Shown here: positions 34,001-45,965 of the stretch, piece by piece
Position numbering within the stretch: position 1 is the stretch's first letter
How the letters are laid out: every line of letters begins with the position of its first letter
DNA from: Guillardia theta CCMP2712
Lineage: Eukaryota > Protista > Cryptophyta
DNA: 64,000 nucleotides
Assembly: GCF_000315625.1 (NCBI RefSeq)
Contig: NW_005434664.1
Location: 688,570 to 752,569 of the forward strand
Direction of reading: 5' to 3'
Position numbers and translations under genes: made by a program
The notes under the pieces: generated by a model
Told to the model about the DNA's origin: nothing
Seen by the model: only the letters and a program-made list of their open reading frames with translations
Databases searched by the model: none

Positions 34001-37000
34001 CACAAGTTCTTCATTCCTCCTCGTCAACTCCTTTGCTTGCAACTTCACATTTCCCAGCAACTCTTCACTCGTGCTGCACCGCAAGGAAAGCTCCTCATTC
34101 CTCCTGTTCAAATCTGTGACCCTCTCTTGCAATTCTTGGATATTGTGCTCGAGTATTCTATTCTTGTCCTCAAGCTCTCCCTCCCGCCTCGTCGATTCTT
34201 GTCGGAGCCTCGTCACTTCGCTCTCGATTCTTATCCTACCTCCTTTCTCTTCCTCGTTCCTCCGCAGAAGTGCAGCCATGTCCACCTGAAGATCCCGCAA
34301 GTTTGGCTCCATCGGATCTAAGGCAAGTTGCAGATCGTTTGCAAGCATTCGAAGCGTTGCAATCATCGTCTGGTGTCTCTGAGTTCGCTGACGTTCCTCC
34401 TCCTCCTTGATTGCAGCCTTCTCTGCCATCTCTTCACTCTCTTTCTTGAGTTCGCCATGCTGGGCGATCAGGTCGGAATACTGCTTCTGGCTCTTGTCCA
34501 GAGCGTCCTTCAGATCCTGAATCTCAAGTCGCAGATCGTGCAGCTCGTTCTCCCAATCTCGGTCGCACTCCTGCACAACATCGGCCACCAGCCCTCCTTC
34601 CGGCTCTGGGGGGAGCTCAGCAAATCGTTTGTCCCCATCGCTGATGTCACAAACGGAGAGGATACGGAAGGGATGATCGTGTGAGCACAGCAACCCCGAC
34701 GACATGCTCAACTGCCTCTGCATCTCCGCCAGAATCCACATGGAGCTTACTCCCGTTGTCTCCTCATTGCAGAGGATCAAGGTGACCTTGAAGGTGCCTG
34801 TCCTGTGAGTTTTCCTGCTCTCCGCTGCAACGCTTTTGGCTGCAGGGGAGACTTCCCAGAAGTCATCGCAAGGAGAGATGTCTTTGATCTTCATCCAGTT
34901 GTCTCGAATGCAAAGAGCATCCGCTACAGTAGAGAGAACGCTCCTCGACAACTTGGAGTCAGGTTTGATCGCTTCCAGCGCCTGCCCTACAGGATACTCA
35001 TGTCGGATGTAGAGCAGAACCCCTGTATCCTCATTGGCTAGGCCATCGTACCGCCCCGCACCCTGCGAAGACTCCTCATCCTCTTCAACCTGTTCGTCCT
35101 CTTCGTTCCTTTCGTCATGAATTGCGTCATCATCGAGCGATGGATCTGCAGGACGTTGGCTGGCAGCAGGAGGAGAAACCTGGTCTGCGCGCCAGTCCTG
35201 GATGCTCTGTCTGAGTTTGGCGCTGAGAGCCATCATGTTCGATTGATTCTCGCTCAACTGATGCCGAAGAGTCTCTTCATCGACCTCCTCGTCAATGTTT
35301 TCTTCCTCCAACTTTCCGTCTGCATTATTATCTTCGCGGTTTTCAACCCCCACCAATTCGAAGCTCGACTCAGGATGTGGCAAAGTTTCTCTTTGAAGTC
35401 GATCGGCGGCAGGCTTCACCTCCTCCTCGCAAACGTCAGGGTCACCATGCGGGTCCAAGAAATTCGCTCGGCTGAGGATCTGAACCTCAGTTCTCAATCT
35501 GTCCACTTCCCTCCTTAGAGCAATGTTTGTTTCTGACGATCTCTCTCCAAGGCGAGCATGCCGCTCTACCTGCTCGAATGATTCCTCAAGCTCTTTTTTC
35601 AGAACGCGCACCTGAAGCTCGGAGGAGCTTAGCTCTTGGGACAATTCTCTGTTCTCTGCCTCAAGTTCTCTGATTTCATTCTCAAGGTTCTTCACATAAC
35701 TTTGATTTTCTTTTAGAGCTGTGTTGCCTTGCTGCAACTTTGTGATCAGTAATTTTATCGTTGCATCCAGCTGTGTGAGTCTTTGCATGGCATTCGTATC
35801 GAGGAAGGAGGATAGGCGATCAGTTTGAGTTCGATGCGAGACTTCTTTGCTGCTTAACTCGTCATACAGCAAGGATTCTTGTTCTTGCACGGAAGTGGTG
35901 GACAAAACTGCTTCTCCGACTATGTTTGATGCTGCCTGCAGAGATTCGACGAGCTGTCTCTCGATGTAAAGCTGAGTTTCCGTGACGTACCTGCTCGAAG
36001 CTGTCGAATGCGACAAATCTTGGGCCTCGTTCATGGAAGCAAGTTTTGCTTCAAGCAGTCTCACTTTCTCCTTGGCTTGTTCCAGCGCAAGTTGCACTGT
36101 CTGATTTCCATTCCGATGCTCTTGCAGAGGATTTTGAGACGATTGGTTTGCATCAGTGGATGAGCGGGAGAGACGACTGGTCTTGATTTGACTTATCCCA
36201 AGTTTCTCCTTCACCAGAGTGTCGCGGAGGTTGAGCAATGCAAGGTGCATGCGTGAGCTACATTGCAAGCTGCTACGGATTAAGGCCGAGAGAGCCTTCT
36301 CGTTGGACTTTCCCAGCGTTACAGAATCATGCAGCGTCTCAAGGGATTCTTTCTGTTCAGACACGAGAGTGAGGTTCTCGTTGATGGTCTTGTGTATCAG
36401 GTGTTGAAACAACTCTTGTCTTGCCCTCAACAGTCTGTAGTCTGATTGTGACTGTTCTAAGGCATAAGCAAGCTTTGCAGACATTTGAGGTGATTGGCTA
36501 ACTTGATCCCCACCCTGGCCATCCTGAACACCTAAGAGCGCGTACGAGCTTAGTCCATCCATCTCTTCAGCAGCCAACTGTTTGATGTAGTCAACCTCTT
36601 CGTCCGTCTTCCCCCCGCCTTGTCTTGTTCGATTCTCAAGCATTGATCGGTTCAGAGGCGGGCTGAGAAACGAGGCTGGTGAGAACGGGGGCAAATCATC
36701 GACATTCTTCCTGGCATCAAGCGGGGACGCGAAAATGCCGGGGGAAGCTGTCCAGGAGAGGATGGGCTGAGCATTTTCAGGGGAGCTTAGAGAGTCGTAA
36801 GTTACTTTGCTCCTCAAGATGCTGTTGAGAAACATGGCAGATTCAGCACTCCGCCTTGCCTTAATCCTGCAAAGCGATGAACGAACGAATTGAGCATGGA
36901 GTTGACGCACCTGCCCAGAGCCTGACGAGCATACGAGACATCAGGCGACCAGTCACTTGGTAAGCTGGAACCAACGACATTGCTGGAGGCAACATGGTCT

Positions 37001-37065
37001 TGAAACGAGGAGAACCGGCTTGGAATCAAGTTGGAGCCTTTCGGCCCTTTGCTCTTAACAGGCAT
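31057..37065 (-). CDS. Very large coiled-coil protein with C-terminal GAF and SH3 domains; apparent 1-nt frameshift near 31995
   Basis: 5-kb heptad-rich exon. GAF: CEMCVVYLL...GLLFHAVHNEQTVLVD...DERYDPETD...MACVPV...GEVVG[V]LQA...YNPHDVDIL. Spliced SH3: ARALFDYKASELDELDI-...EGWYVAK-...GLVPANYVEKL*. Confidence 0.8.
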
Positions 37066-37259
37066 CCTCAATCAATTTGCTCCCTTCTGCTATCAAGTCG
37101 TGGGATCAGCGAGCAACAGCAATGTGCTGGTCTTGACTTCTCGCAGCTTCTTCTACCTTTCAGCATGCGCCCCAGCCAAGCGCTAATCGTCATTGGTAAT
37201 AAACGACCATGGCGCGTTCCAGCCAATGACGAAATCTTTACTCAACTATTCGATCGGTA

Positions 37260-37980
37260 CTGAAGTTCAGGCCCACCCGGCGGGCTCGCCTCACCGTTTC
37301 AGGGCCTACAGCGGCGGCGGCCCGCCGGTTCCGAGTGGCAATGGCCGGGCAGTGCCTGCGGTACGGTACGGTCGTGCTACGGTGAGAGTCCTTCTATTCA
37401 GTGAAGAGTTCACTGAACTTGCCTTTTACTTGGGCCGGCGCCCGCCGCTTTGGGCCGCGGGCCGAAACGCCGCACGGTCCGCCGGATCGGAACTCGGCCC
37501 GCCGGACTGAACCGTAACGGGTTGAACGACTCCGGCGACTCGGACAGGCTCCCGACCCGCCCGGCCCGTCCGCCCGCCCGCCCGCCCGGCTCCCGGGCCC
37601 GGTGCCGTGAGCCGGGCGGGCGGGCGGGCGGACGGGCCGGGCGGGTCGGGCGGCGTGCGGCCGCGGCGGGGGGCACACGCCGAAGGCTGGGAGCCCGGGC
37701 CCCGGGCCCGGGCCGCCATGGACACGGTCCGGCCCCCCCGGCGGGACAGCCCGCTGGCACTGAGCGACGCTGCATTACGGTGTAACGTACATGACCGTAC
37801 TGGCAGTGATCAGATCGCCGCCGCCGTCTCTCGGACCTCCGAGGTCAGAGTCTTTTAAAAACTGATAGTACTGGGCCCGGTCCTCCGTGTGACTGATGAT
37901 GAGGCCCGTGACTCTGTGAACTTCCGAAGTTCCGCCGCCGATTTCAAAGTTGCCACCGGTCACTTGACCCGGTGACCGTT
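37260..37980. repeat. GC-rich CCG/CGG mosaic core in the divergent GAF-SH3/CA spacer
   Basis: CCCGCCCG/CGGGCGGG imperfect palindrome (about 37550-37650), CGGTACGG, GACTCGG, TTTCAAAGTT. Confidence 0.6.
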
Positions 37981-39263
37981 AAAAATTTGAATTAATATCT
38001 ATTTTACACAGGCATTTTGTATCGGGCATCCTCCAGTGATATGCTTTTTGTACCAACTTCACACACGCGAATTTGTTCCTCTCAATACAAAATGGGGGAT
38101 GACTCAAATTAGTACCAAAAATACATTTTGTCTTGTAGTGAATATCTGTACTGAAGTTTGAATTTTGTATGAGATATGCAATATGTCGTACTAATTTCGA
38201 TTCAATTTGATTATATGTCATCGGAGCCTTGCCGGCGTAACAGTCACCATCCACCGCGGCCAGTCGCATCCCCTGACCCCGACCCCTCACCAGGCCAAGG
38301 CCCATTTTGGACCCCTGACCCCCTCATAGCTCTATCAGGTGGGTGAAGACGTGACGGGTGTTTTGCAGACCACCCCAACAGTTGTCCCGTCCCACACTGA
38401 CCCCCCCCCCCTTCATCCAGCGAATTTCAAACAGTGGTCACCGGACCATGCATTTTTGACTCCCAAGTTGGAAATGCCTCCACAGGCTTATTTTTTTGTA
38501 TCACAGACCACCCGACCCCATATGGGATGCCCCACCCCACCCCACATTCACCGTTCTCGACACGTCTCCTCGTGTGGACGGCGGACCTGATTCAATGATG
38601 GAGCCTACCATAGCGATGGACCTACAAACCGGCCCTACTCCTACCACCCCCCGCGCTCGCTCATGCTCCACACCCTTCCGACTGTTGCCATACCCCTGGC
38701 GGCGACGACACCGTGACGAGCACTCATAGGCTGAAGGGGGTACATCTACCCAGGCTCCTCCTACTACTGGTACTGGAATAAGGTGTTGTGGGGGTAGGGT
38801 GGTTTGTTCTGGGACTCCTTGCACGAGGGGGTAGAGGGTAAGGTCGAGTGGAACGGGGGTAGTGTAACCGGATTTTCGGTGTAAGCTCGGTGCGAGGGAA
38901 CAATGGCGACTTTTGTAACAAATGCTGCATGGCAAAAGAATGAGAGAAACATATTTAATGTTCATATTTAGAGATAGGCTTTATGGTTCAGGAGATAATC
39001 AGAACAGACTCAAAGGAATGAGCTTGAGACTTTGAGTTAACAGATCTGTCTATTGATTCACTGATCTCACAATCATTCTGCGAACCACTACAAAATGATT
39101 TCAAGGTTCACCATTGATTGATGTCACTTCCGATGAGATTGTTCGAAAATGACAAGGGCTGCAGAGATCAGATTCTTGAAATTTACATACTTGATTCTAT
39201 AATACGAAATTTGTTTCAAATGATTTGTCTTTAAGTTTTTGAATTTTCTTTTTCCAGGGGAGG

Positions 39264-40490
39264 ATGAGATCCCTTCTTGTAGCAGCACTCATCGTGTCTT
39301 ACTATGGAGAGGCTTCTGCTGATATGTTTCGGAGAAGCTCTACCACAGACTTCAATTACAACCAGTGCGACAACAGCACGGGGCCTTTTGGCTGGCCAGA
39401 CAAATTTTGTATGACCGACAGCAACCTGGTCCAATCACCGATTAACTTGTGTGGATTTTCTACCTCTCCCGATTCTCTTTCTATTAGCTCTCCTTCTTCA
39501 TTTACAACTTCAGCTACTTGGAGCTTCGTGAACGATGGCCGTTATCTCAAATTGATCAATCCCAGCCCTGCACTCACCATCGACTCCAATGCAATTACTC
39601 TGAACCAGCTCAAGTCTCAGACATGGAATATTGGAGAAATCCATATTCACGTTGGAAGATCTGACACCGAAGGTAGTGAACACTACATTATGGGTGTCCA
39701 GTATGGAATGGAAATCCAGGTCATGTTGTACAACAGTCAATATTCCTCATACCAAAGTGCTATTGACAGCTCCTCAAGCACCGCTATCGTTGGACTCTCC
39801 CAGTTGTACGATGTGAATGCCCCTGGTGCTGAACCAACAGTCTTGTCTGACATTGCCAAGGCCGCCAGTTCCGCAACTTCTTCTGGAGCAAAAATGAGCA
39901 CTTCATTCAAGCTTGATGATTTGTTTACAGGATTGAACAGCAAAACCTATTCAGACCTGTTTTTCCAGTACTCAGGAGGCCTGACTACACCCAACTGCAA
40001 TGCCGTGGTTCAGTGGGTTGTTATGAATACAACTGTGAGGGTGTCTTCCAGCACCCTGCAAAGCTTGCGAGATGTGCAGCTGCCTAATGGGGACAAACTA
40101 TCCAAGTACGGAAATTTTCGTCCGATTCAGCCAAGAAACAGCAGGATCATTTATTCCTCCAAGGATCTGAAATCCTCAGCGTTTTTCAGCAGCACCTATT
40201 TCAATTTCCCTTGTCCCACGTATGGTATTTTTCAAGCGAACTTCAATTGCGATATCGTTCATTGGTGGCATGCACGTAACCTTGAAATAATTTCAATCGT
40301 CCTCGGCGGAGTTCTGTTTTTGGCATTGCTCTTCATTTGCTATTTGCAATCGAAGCTTAATGAATTGAGAGAGCAGGAAGAGGACTACTACTATGAAGAA
40401 GAGAAGTATGGGACTGAAATGGAGCCAGTACCAATGCAACAGGGTTATGGTGCTCAGTTCGTACCAGAGCCGATGTCCTCGTACCAGTAA
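39264..40490 (+). CDS. Alpha-carbonic anhydrase (-like), signal peptide plus C-terminal TM, single exon
   Basis: GPFGW, QSPINL, EIHIHVG...GSEH...MEIQVMLY, YSGGLTTPNCNAVVQWVV, NFRPIQPRNSR; TM IISIVLGGVLFLALLFICYL. Confidence 0.9.
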   Translation: MRSLLVAALIVSYYGEASADMFRRSSTTDFNYNQCDNSTGPFGWPDKFCMTDSNLVQSPINLCGFSTSPDSLSISSPSSFTTSATWSFVNDGRYLKLINPSPALTIDSNAITLNQLKSQTWNIGEIHIHVGRSDTEGSEHYIMGVQYGMEIQVMLYNSQYSSYQSAIDSSSSTAIVGLSQLYDVNAPGAEPTVLSDIAKAASSATSSGAKMSTSFKLDDLFTGLNSKTYSDLFFQYSGGLTTPNCNAVVQWVVMNTTVRVSSSTLQSLRDVQLPNGDKLSKYGNFRPIQPRNSRIIYSSKDLKSSAFFSSTYFNFPCPTYGIFQANFNCDIVHWWHARNLEIISIVLGGVLFLALLFICYLQSKLNELREQEEDYYYEEEKYGTEMEPVPMQQGYGAQFVPEPMSSYQ

Positions 40491-40648
40491 AGTTTCGTTC
40501 TATGGTATAAAGCAGAGTAAAAATGATCTTCTATCACTTGACACCCTGTTGAATCTCTTTCGAAATGTTTGCAAATCTCGATTTTCGCAATTGGCCAGGG
40601 AAAAGCATCTTCAAAAGTCATCTCTTGTCTACCTGTGACATGGATCTT

Positions 40649-42073
40649 TTACAGTTCCCGCTTCACATTTGATGGACGATGCAGCATACGCAAGGTGGCA
40701 CCAAGTGTCCACGACATCTCCTTTCCATGGATCTGAAACAACTGTCATATGTCGATTGAACAGCATTTCAGTTTAAGTCGATGACCTGTTTAACCAATTG
40801 AACCTTTTGAGCATCGACTGGGATGTTGAGGTATTCTTCTAGTATGTACAATATGTAGGTCAAATCCTGCATGTGATTATGAGAGATCGCAGATGCATTG
40901 AATATGCTGTACCTGGCATGCTCTAACTTGAAAGTCTGGATGACTGGTTTCATAATCTTTGTGCTTTGAAACGAACGACTCATAATCCATCTTGCATATC
41001 TCTCGAGCAGCAGTTGCTATCTCGGCCACGGTTGGAGTGTCTCCTTTGACAAATTCTGGTAGAACGTCGTACACGTAGGAGAATGCGAGATACCTTCCAT
41101 GGAAGTTGGGAGGAGGCATTGATGCCAGACTTGTGCATTCCAATGCAGTATCATTACAAGAGCTAGCAAGCGTCTGCATGAGGCGAAAGCACGAGTCAAA
41201 GTCTGAAGTGCCGTTGAAGACGTATTGCTCGGGAACATCGAAGAATCCAGTGGAAGGCGCCCCCCTCAAGAGGCATGGATGTTCGACGTTGATATCCTCA
41301 TCGTTCTCGTTGTTTGCAACCTTTGAACGTTGGATGACAAGGCCGTCAACCCTTCGCCTCTGCTCCATCAGTCCGTACCCCAAGTAGCTTTGAGCAAACA
41401 ACGGAAGGCTTTCATCTCCAAGGTACAAGTCAAATCGAGGGCCCACAGGCGTCTTGCTGGGCTCCTGCCGGGTAGTGATCTGCAGCGAGCCTCCCCCCAA
41501 GTCGATGGTCCCAAACGTTCTCTCTGGCTGAATGTGAGTGGCTGTCTTGAGGATGTAATTCGCCGTGATCCAGGCATCCACTGCTTCGTCTTCCCCCGAG
41601 GCGATTGCCACCCAGTCATCTTGAAAGATGAAGGGAGAGCTTGCGAGCAGCTGCCTCACTGCGTTCAGCAGATTCGTCTGCTGCTCATCGGGCAGCAGGC
41701 GCAGCCCAGCAGTAGCGAACAGTTGGACCCACGTCGCCTTCACGGAAGCCTGCGGCATGACCGAGAGAGCATAATCGAGCAAAGGCTGCAAACTGTGAGC
41801 TGCAGCTGCCGGATCAGACGCGAAGGCTGATAGGCCTGGTTTCACTTGCTTGAAGAAGTCATCTGTAACATTCGGCAAGGAGTCGCCGTTCCAGACCCAC
41901 CTATACACGTGTATTCTTGATCCAGTCGACCCAGCGTCCATCATCAATCCGTATCCCACTTCTCCTTTCTCCGCCGCATCCCTCTCGGCTGGGGTAAGTC
42001 CATAAATGCCTGATATCAACAGCACAAAAAGCATAAGAGGAAAAAGATTCCTGGTCATCCTTTCTGCCCCCAT
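40649..42073 (-). CDS. GDA1/CD39-family apyrase (NTPDase), 3 exons
   Basis: ACR motifs DAGSTGSRIHVY, ATAGLRLL, GEDEAVDAWITANY, GTIDLGGGSLQ and spliced SWTLG; hydrophobic N-terminus; ends VKREL*. Confidence 0.92.
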
Positions 42074-43757
42074 ATTTCCCACCTGAAAAACATTCAAAAT
42101 CACAATTCAATCCATCCGTTCGGGAGCAAGGGGAATGATATGCAATCCAGCTCATACTATTGAAGCAAGAGACAGGTTACTATTCTCTTCCTTCCCCCAG
42201 CATCATGGCTCCCGACGTTTTGACACATCAAGATAGCAATTCTGTTTTTGGTCCACATGTAATGACTAAATCAACCTCTCGAGACCCCATGGCTTCAAAT
42301 CTTTTCCTCCTTCGGTTTGTTCCTTCTCCTGCTTCCGGTATCTATATATGGCCTTCACACTTCACTTTGACATGCTATTCAAACTCCTTTGGGCCTTCTC
42401 CTGCAGTCACTGATATTCAAATCCTTGCACTGCAAGTCCCTATCTCAATGCGTCTCGTCCCTTCAAATATCATCAATGTCGTGATCCTCACTTCACATTT
42501 GCCTTCAATACTTTCAACCAGAAAGCCCAGATCGTCATTCTACTCCTACAGGATCACAACGTTTTGAAAGAGGCAGTATAGACAGTTGGTAGGCAGCGCG
42601 GAGACAGCAGGTGTTCACTACCTACCTGCTGTCCCCTGCAATAAATTCCTATCTCCCTCCCTCATCACCTCTTTTGTTCTTCTTAATCCTCGAATCTTCT
42701 CTGCTTTCCTCTCCCATATCTATGTCCATTCCCTTCCTTCCCCGTCTCTCCATACCCCTCACCTCTCCCCTCCCCTCCCCTCCCCTCCCCTCCCCTCCCC
42801 TCCCCTCCCCTCCCCTCTCCCCTGAAATCCCTCGCACTCCATCTTTCAACCTACAAGCGTTTTTTGGATGATGACCCACTACCCCCCACCAGCACCTGTT
42901 CTTCCATCTACCTACTAGGGACCCCCTACCCCCTTTCCTCCTAGAAATCCTCTCTTTTAACCACCCACCCTTTACGTACCCTGACAGAATGAAATGCACG
43001 TGCAAAAACAGATTAGCTAATCAGATTATTTAGTTATGTTTTGGTGAGTCAGGGCCATCCGGCTGATGTCCGGGCCCGGACTCCGGCAACCCGGGAGGGG
43101 TAGTTCTGCTCAAGTAAGATGGGGTAATCGCCAGTTTTCGTCAAGTTTCCCTGAATAGTTCGAACCTCCTGCTTCTCCTCAACATTAGGGGTACAATTTA
43201 GTGAATTTGGGTGGGTGTAACGTTCCCAAGGTACGAACTTTTGCAGAATACTGAACCTAATGGGATCCAGGGGGGTAGTAGGCGATGAATTGAGGGTGGG
43301 GGTGTCATGGACGATTGGGGATAGAAGGGTATGGATGGGGTAGTTGATAGTCAATGGTGGGGTAGGGGTAGGAGCGAAAGGAAGCGGCAACTGGGTGTTG
43401 AAGAGGCAGCCTGTCCTCGAAGAGACACTCAGAGATGGTAAGCAGCCCCTTCCATGCATGCGCTCAGGCTGCTTTGCAATGCTCTCTTGTCGATCGTGTG
43501 AAATGTGCGACAAGCATGGTGATCGAAGATGTTAGCACATCTTGATCTAGTGGATTTACCGCATGGAATTTTCTTCTGTCGGAGATTGATTTCTCCATTT
43601 GGGGATATGCATGAATGTAGTGTTGGAGTTTTCTTATTTTATAGGAGGCGCGTTCTGATATGATCTCTGTTCCCATCGCATGATTTATGATAGCGAAATC
43701 TCATTGTTTGCTGTGTTTCTTTCTGTTCAAATTGGTTTGGATCTGTCCTGTAGAGCC

Positions 43758-44179
43758 ATGGTCCTAATAGGCTTGGCATGTAGAATTTTTGTTGTAGAGT
43801 CAGTCGTACTTTCATGTTTGTGAGGGAAATCTGTTCACTACTTTCACGTCTCTTTGATTGTAACCTGATGTAATCATGTGAAAAGGATTCCTCGTTGTTG
43901 CACAATGCTGACAAAGTAATGACTCTTGGTACAGTTTGTCGGCAGAATCGTCCGCATTGTTCCTGGAGCTCAGCTCATCTACGCTCCCCAGCAGGGCAGC
44001 GCCAACTCCCTCTACGACTCTGTCCTCGATGACCACGATGGTGGTGATTCCGCTGGCGTTGCCTCTGGCTTCGACCCCTCCGGCGGAAACCCCAACTTCA
44101 TGTTCGGAAACGTTTGGGTGAGTGAAATATCAGCGACTGTCTTGGAAAGGTTGCGCTGACTATCTTGCAGGATCCTTAA
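43758..44179 (+). CDS. Small (64-aa) hypothetical protein; ATG probably on a micro-exon
   Basis: Model ATG(43758-60)/GT..AG/43935-44117/GT..AG/44171-44179 gives MFVGRIVRIVPGAQLIYAPQQGSANSLYDSVLDDHDGGDSAGVASGFDPSGGNPNFMFGNVWDP*; strong C/T-ending codon bias. Confidence 0.65.
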
Positions 44180-44334
44180 ATGGGCGTGTAGCTGATTGGC
44201 AAAAGCAATAGTGCACATTTATCGACAAGTAGTGTTTTGTCGATTATGTACAGTCTTCAAAACTTTGAAAACATCGATTTCGTACATTTTCGCTACCCTC
44301 ATCTTTCATCTCGCCACTTTTTTCATTGTCGTTG

Positions 44335-44748
44335 TTATCTATCACGCTTCTTTATTTCGTCTACAACCTCAGTCACACTAACGAACCACGGGGTCCCACT
44401 CCAGTACCTCAGCGTCTGCAACCATGGTCGATACTTGCCACCGATGCAATGCATGTGCAGATGTTCCACAGAATGGAACGGCGGCCGATGAAACCCTACT
44501 GCTCTGATTTCCACTTGCCTATCACGAAGGAGGAGATCACACACATCGCACATCCTCCTCAATAAAGGAAGATCTTTTCGCGTGAGGGCTGTTATGCTTC
44601 CATGATGCTTGACTGGGAGTACGAGGACGTGTACCTCTGCTCTCGGATTCTTCGACTCCATCGCAACGCACACGTCATCCGAGTACAACAACTTGCGATC
44701 AGTCTTGCGGGAAGCATACTCACAGAATTTACAATGCAGTTGTCGCAT
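44335..44748 (-). CDS. HINT3: Histidine triad nucleotide-binding protein, HINT3-like
   Basis: CKFC, NPRAEVHVLVLPVKH, GFHRPPFHSVEHLHMHCI (HxHxH triad); start could lie further upstream. Confidence 0.85.
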   Translation of the reverse strand: MRQLHCKFCEYASRKTDRKLLYSDDVCVAMESKNPRAEVHVLVLPVKHHGSITALTRKDLPLLRRMCDVCDLLLRDRQVEIRAVGFHRPPFHSVEHLHMHCIGGKYRPWLQTLRYWSGTPWFVSVTEVVDEIKKRDR

Positions 44749-45965
44749 CGTGTTTGCAACGAGCCCTCTTTGCAGTTGTCTCTGGTTGGTATTCCATGTG
44801 ACATAACCAAGGCCAGTTCTGGTGACATGTAACATCACGTTCTCAGAGGATGAATTCCATACAGGGCCTTCCACGGAAGGACAGGATGGGCAGTTCTCAA
44901 TAATACCAGCAAGATAAATCACACGAACTCTCTCGATTTAGGGTAACTCTACAATTCAAGCATCGTCCCTGTCCCCTCAGACATCGGATAGCGACACCCG
45001 ACAACGAGCCCTCTTGGAAGTAGCAGGAGAAAAATCCTCATCATCGTCGTCCCACAGCCTCCTGGGATCGTTCTTCCATCTTCACTCGTGCTCGAATCTT
45101 TACCATCCTCGTTCCTGCTCCGGTTCAACCATCTTGGTGGTTCCTCACTCTTCTACCCACCCCCGACTGAAACTGTTTTCTTCTGGAAAATTCGAGGGTG
45201 GTCGACAATGTGCGCCATGACAAGCGATCTCGTGGGAGAGCGAGGAGGGCGGAGGAGGTGGAGGAGGCGGAGGAGAAGGAGAAGGCGAAGGAGGAGGGGG
45301 ATTGTGAGGAAGAATCCAACACAAACGAACACACCGAACACGAGGATGTAGCAATCAGAAGGCAAGGTATTGGTGAAAGATAGAATTTGGATGAAACTGC
45401 GTGGTTACTGCTGGGCTGCTGCTGAGGTTTGCGAATCTCGACTGAGAAGGAATATTGCAAGGGCAGAGGAGGTGATGCAGCGTGAATGCAGTTGATGTTG
45501 GTTCTCTTGCGAATGGATCTCATGTCGCAAGATTTTGAGATCCAACAAGAATGAAATGGTTACTGTCACTCGCTAGGCCACGTACGAAGTGCAGGCTATT
45601 TGACCATGAAAACACACCCCATTCGAGCATTATTGCTAGCACAAGTTTCTAGGGAAGAAATAGTGCGATGGCCAATCGAAGGTAGCCACCTGGAAGGCTG
45701 TAGCTATGTGAAGTGAAATGTTGGACAGTGCAATGTCACAACACAACGATACATCCTTCAGAGTAGGGGTTGGAGGATAGAGTGTCCTGATCTCATCTAT
45801 CCTCTATCCATCAACCCCAGCGATCGCTTTTCCTGTGAGCCTCGAGCATTTGAGAATTTTTTGCAGGTGCGGGTCAAGCCAGCCGTGCGCTTGATCGGGT
45901 GAGGTGAAGTTACGGGAGGTGCCAGAGAACAGATTCGTTGTGAGCATTGCACAGAGCAGGACGAG

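Noticed and set aside
37394-37858. Pro/Arg/Gly-rich ORFs in GC mosaic islands (also 19067-19430, 49595-50253)
   Set aside because: Open on both strands because of extreme GC content; no domain or codon signal
44970-45523. Minus-strand Ser-rich ORF resembling a targeting leader upstream of HINT3
   Set aside because: No consistent spliced model or domain could be built
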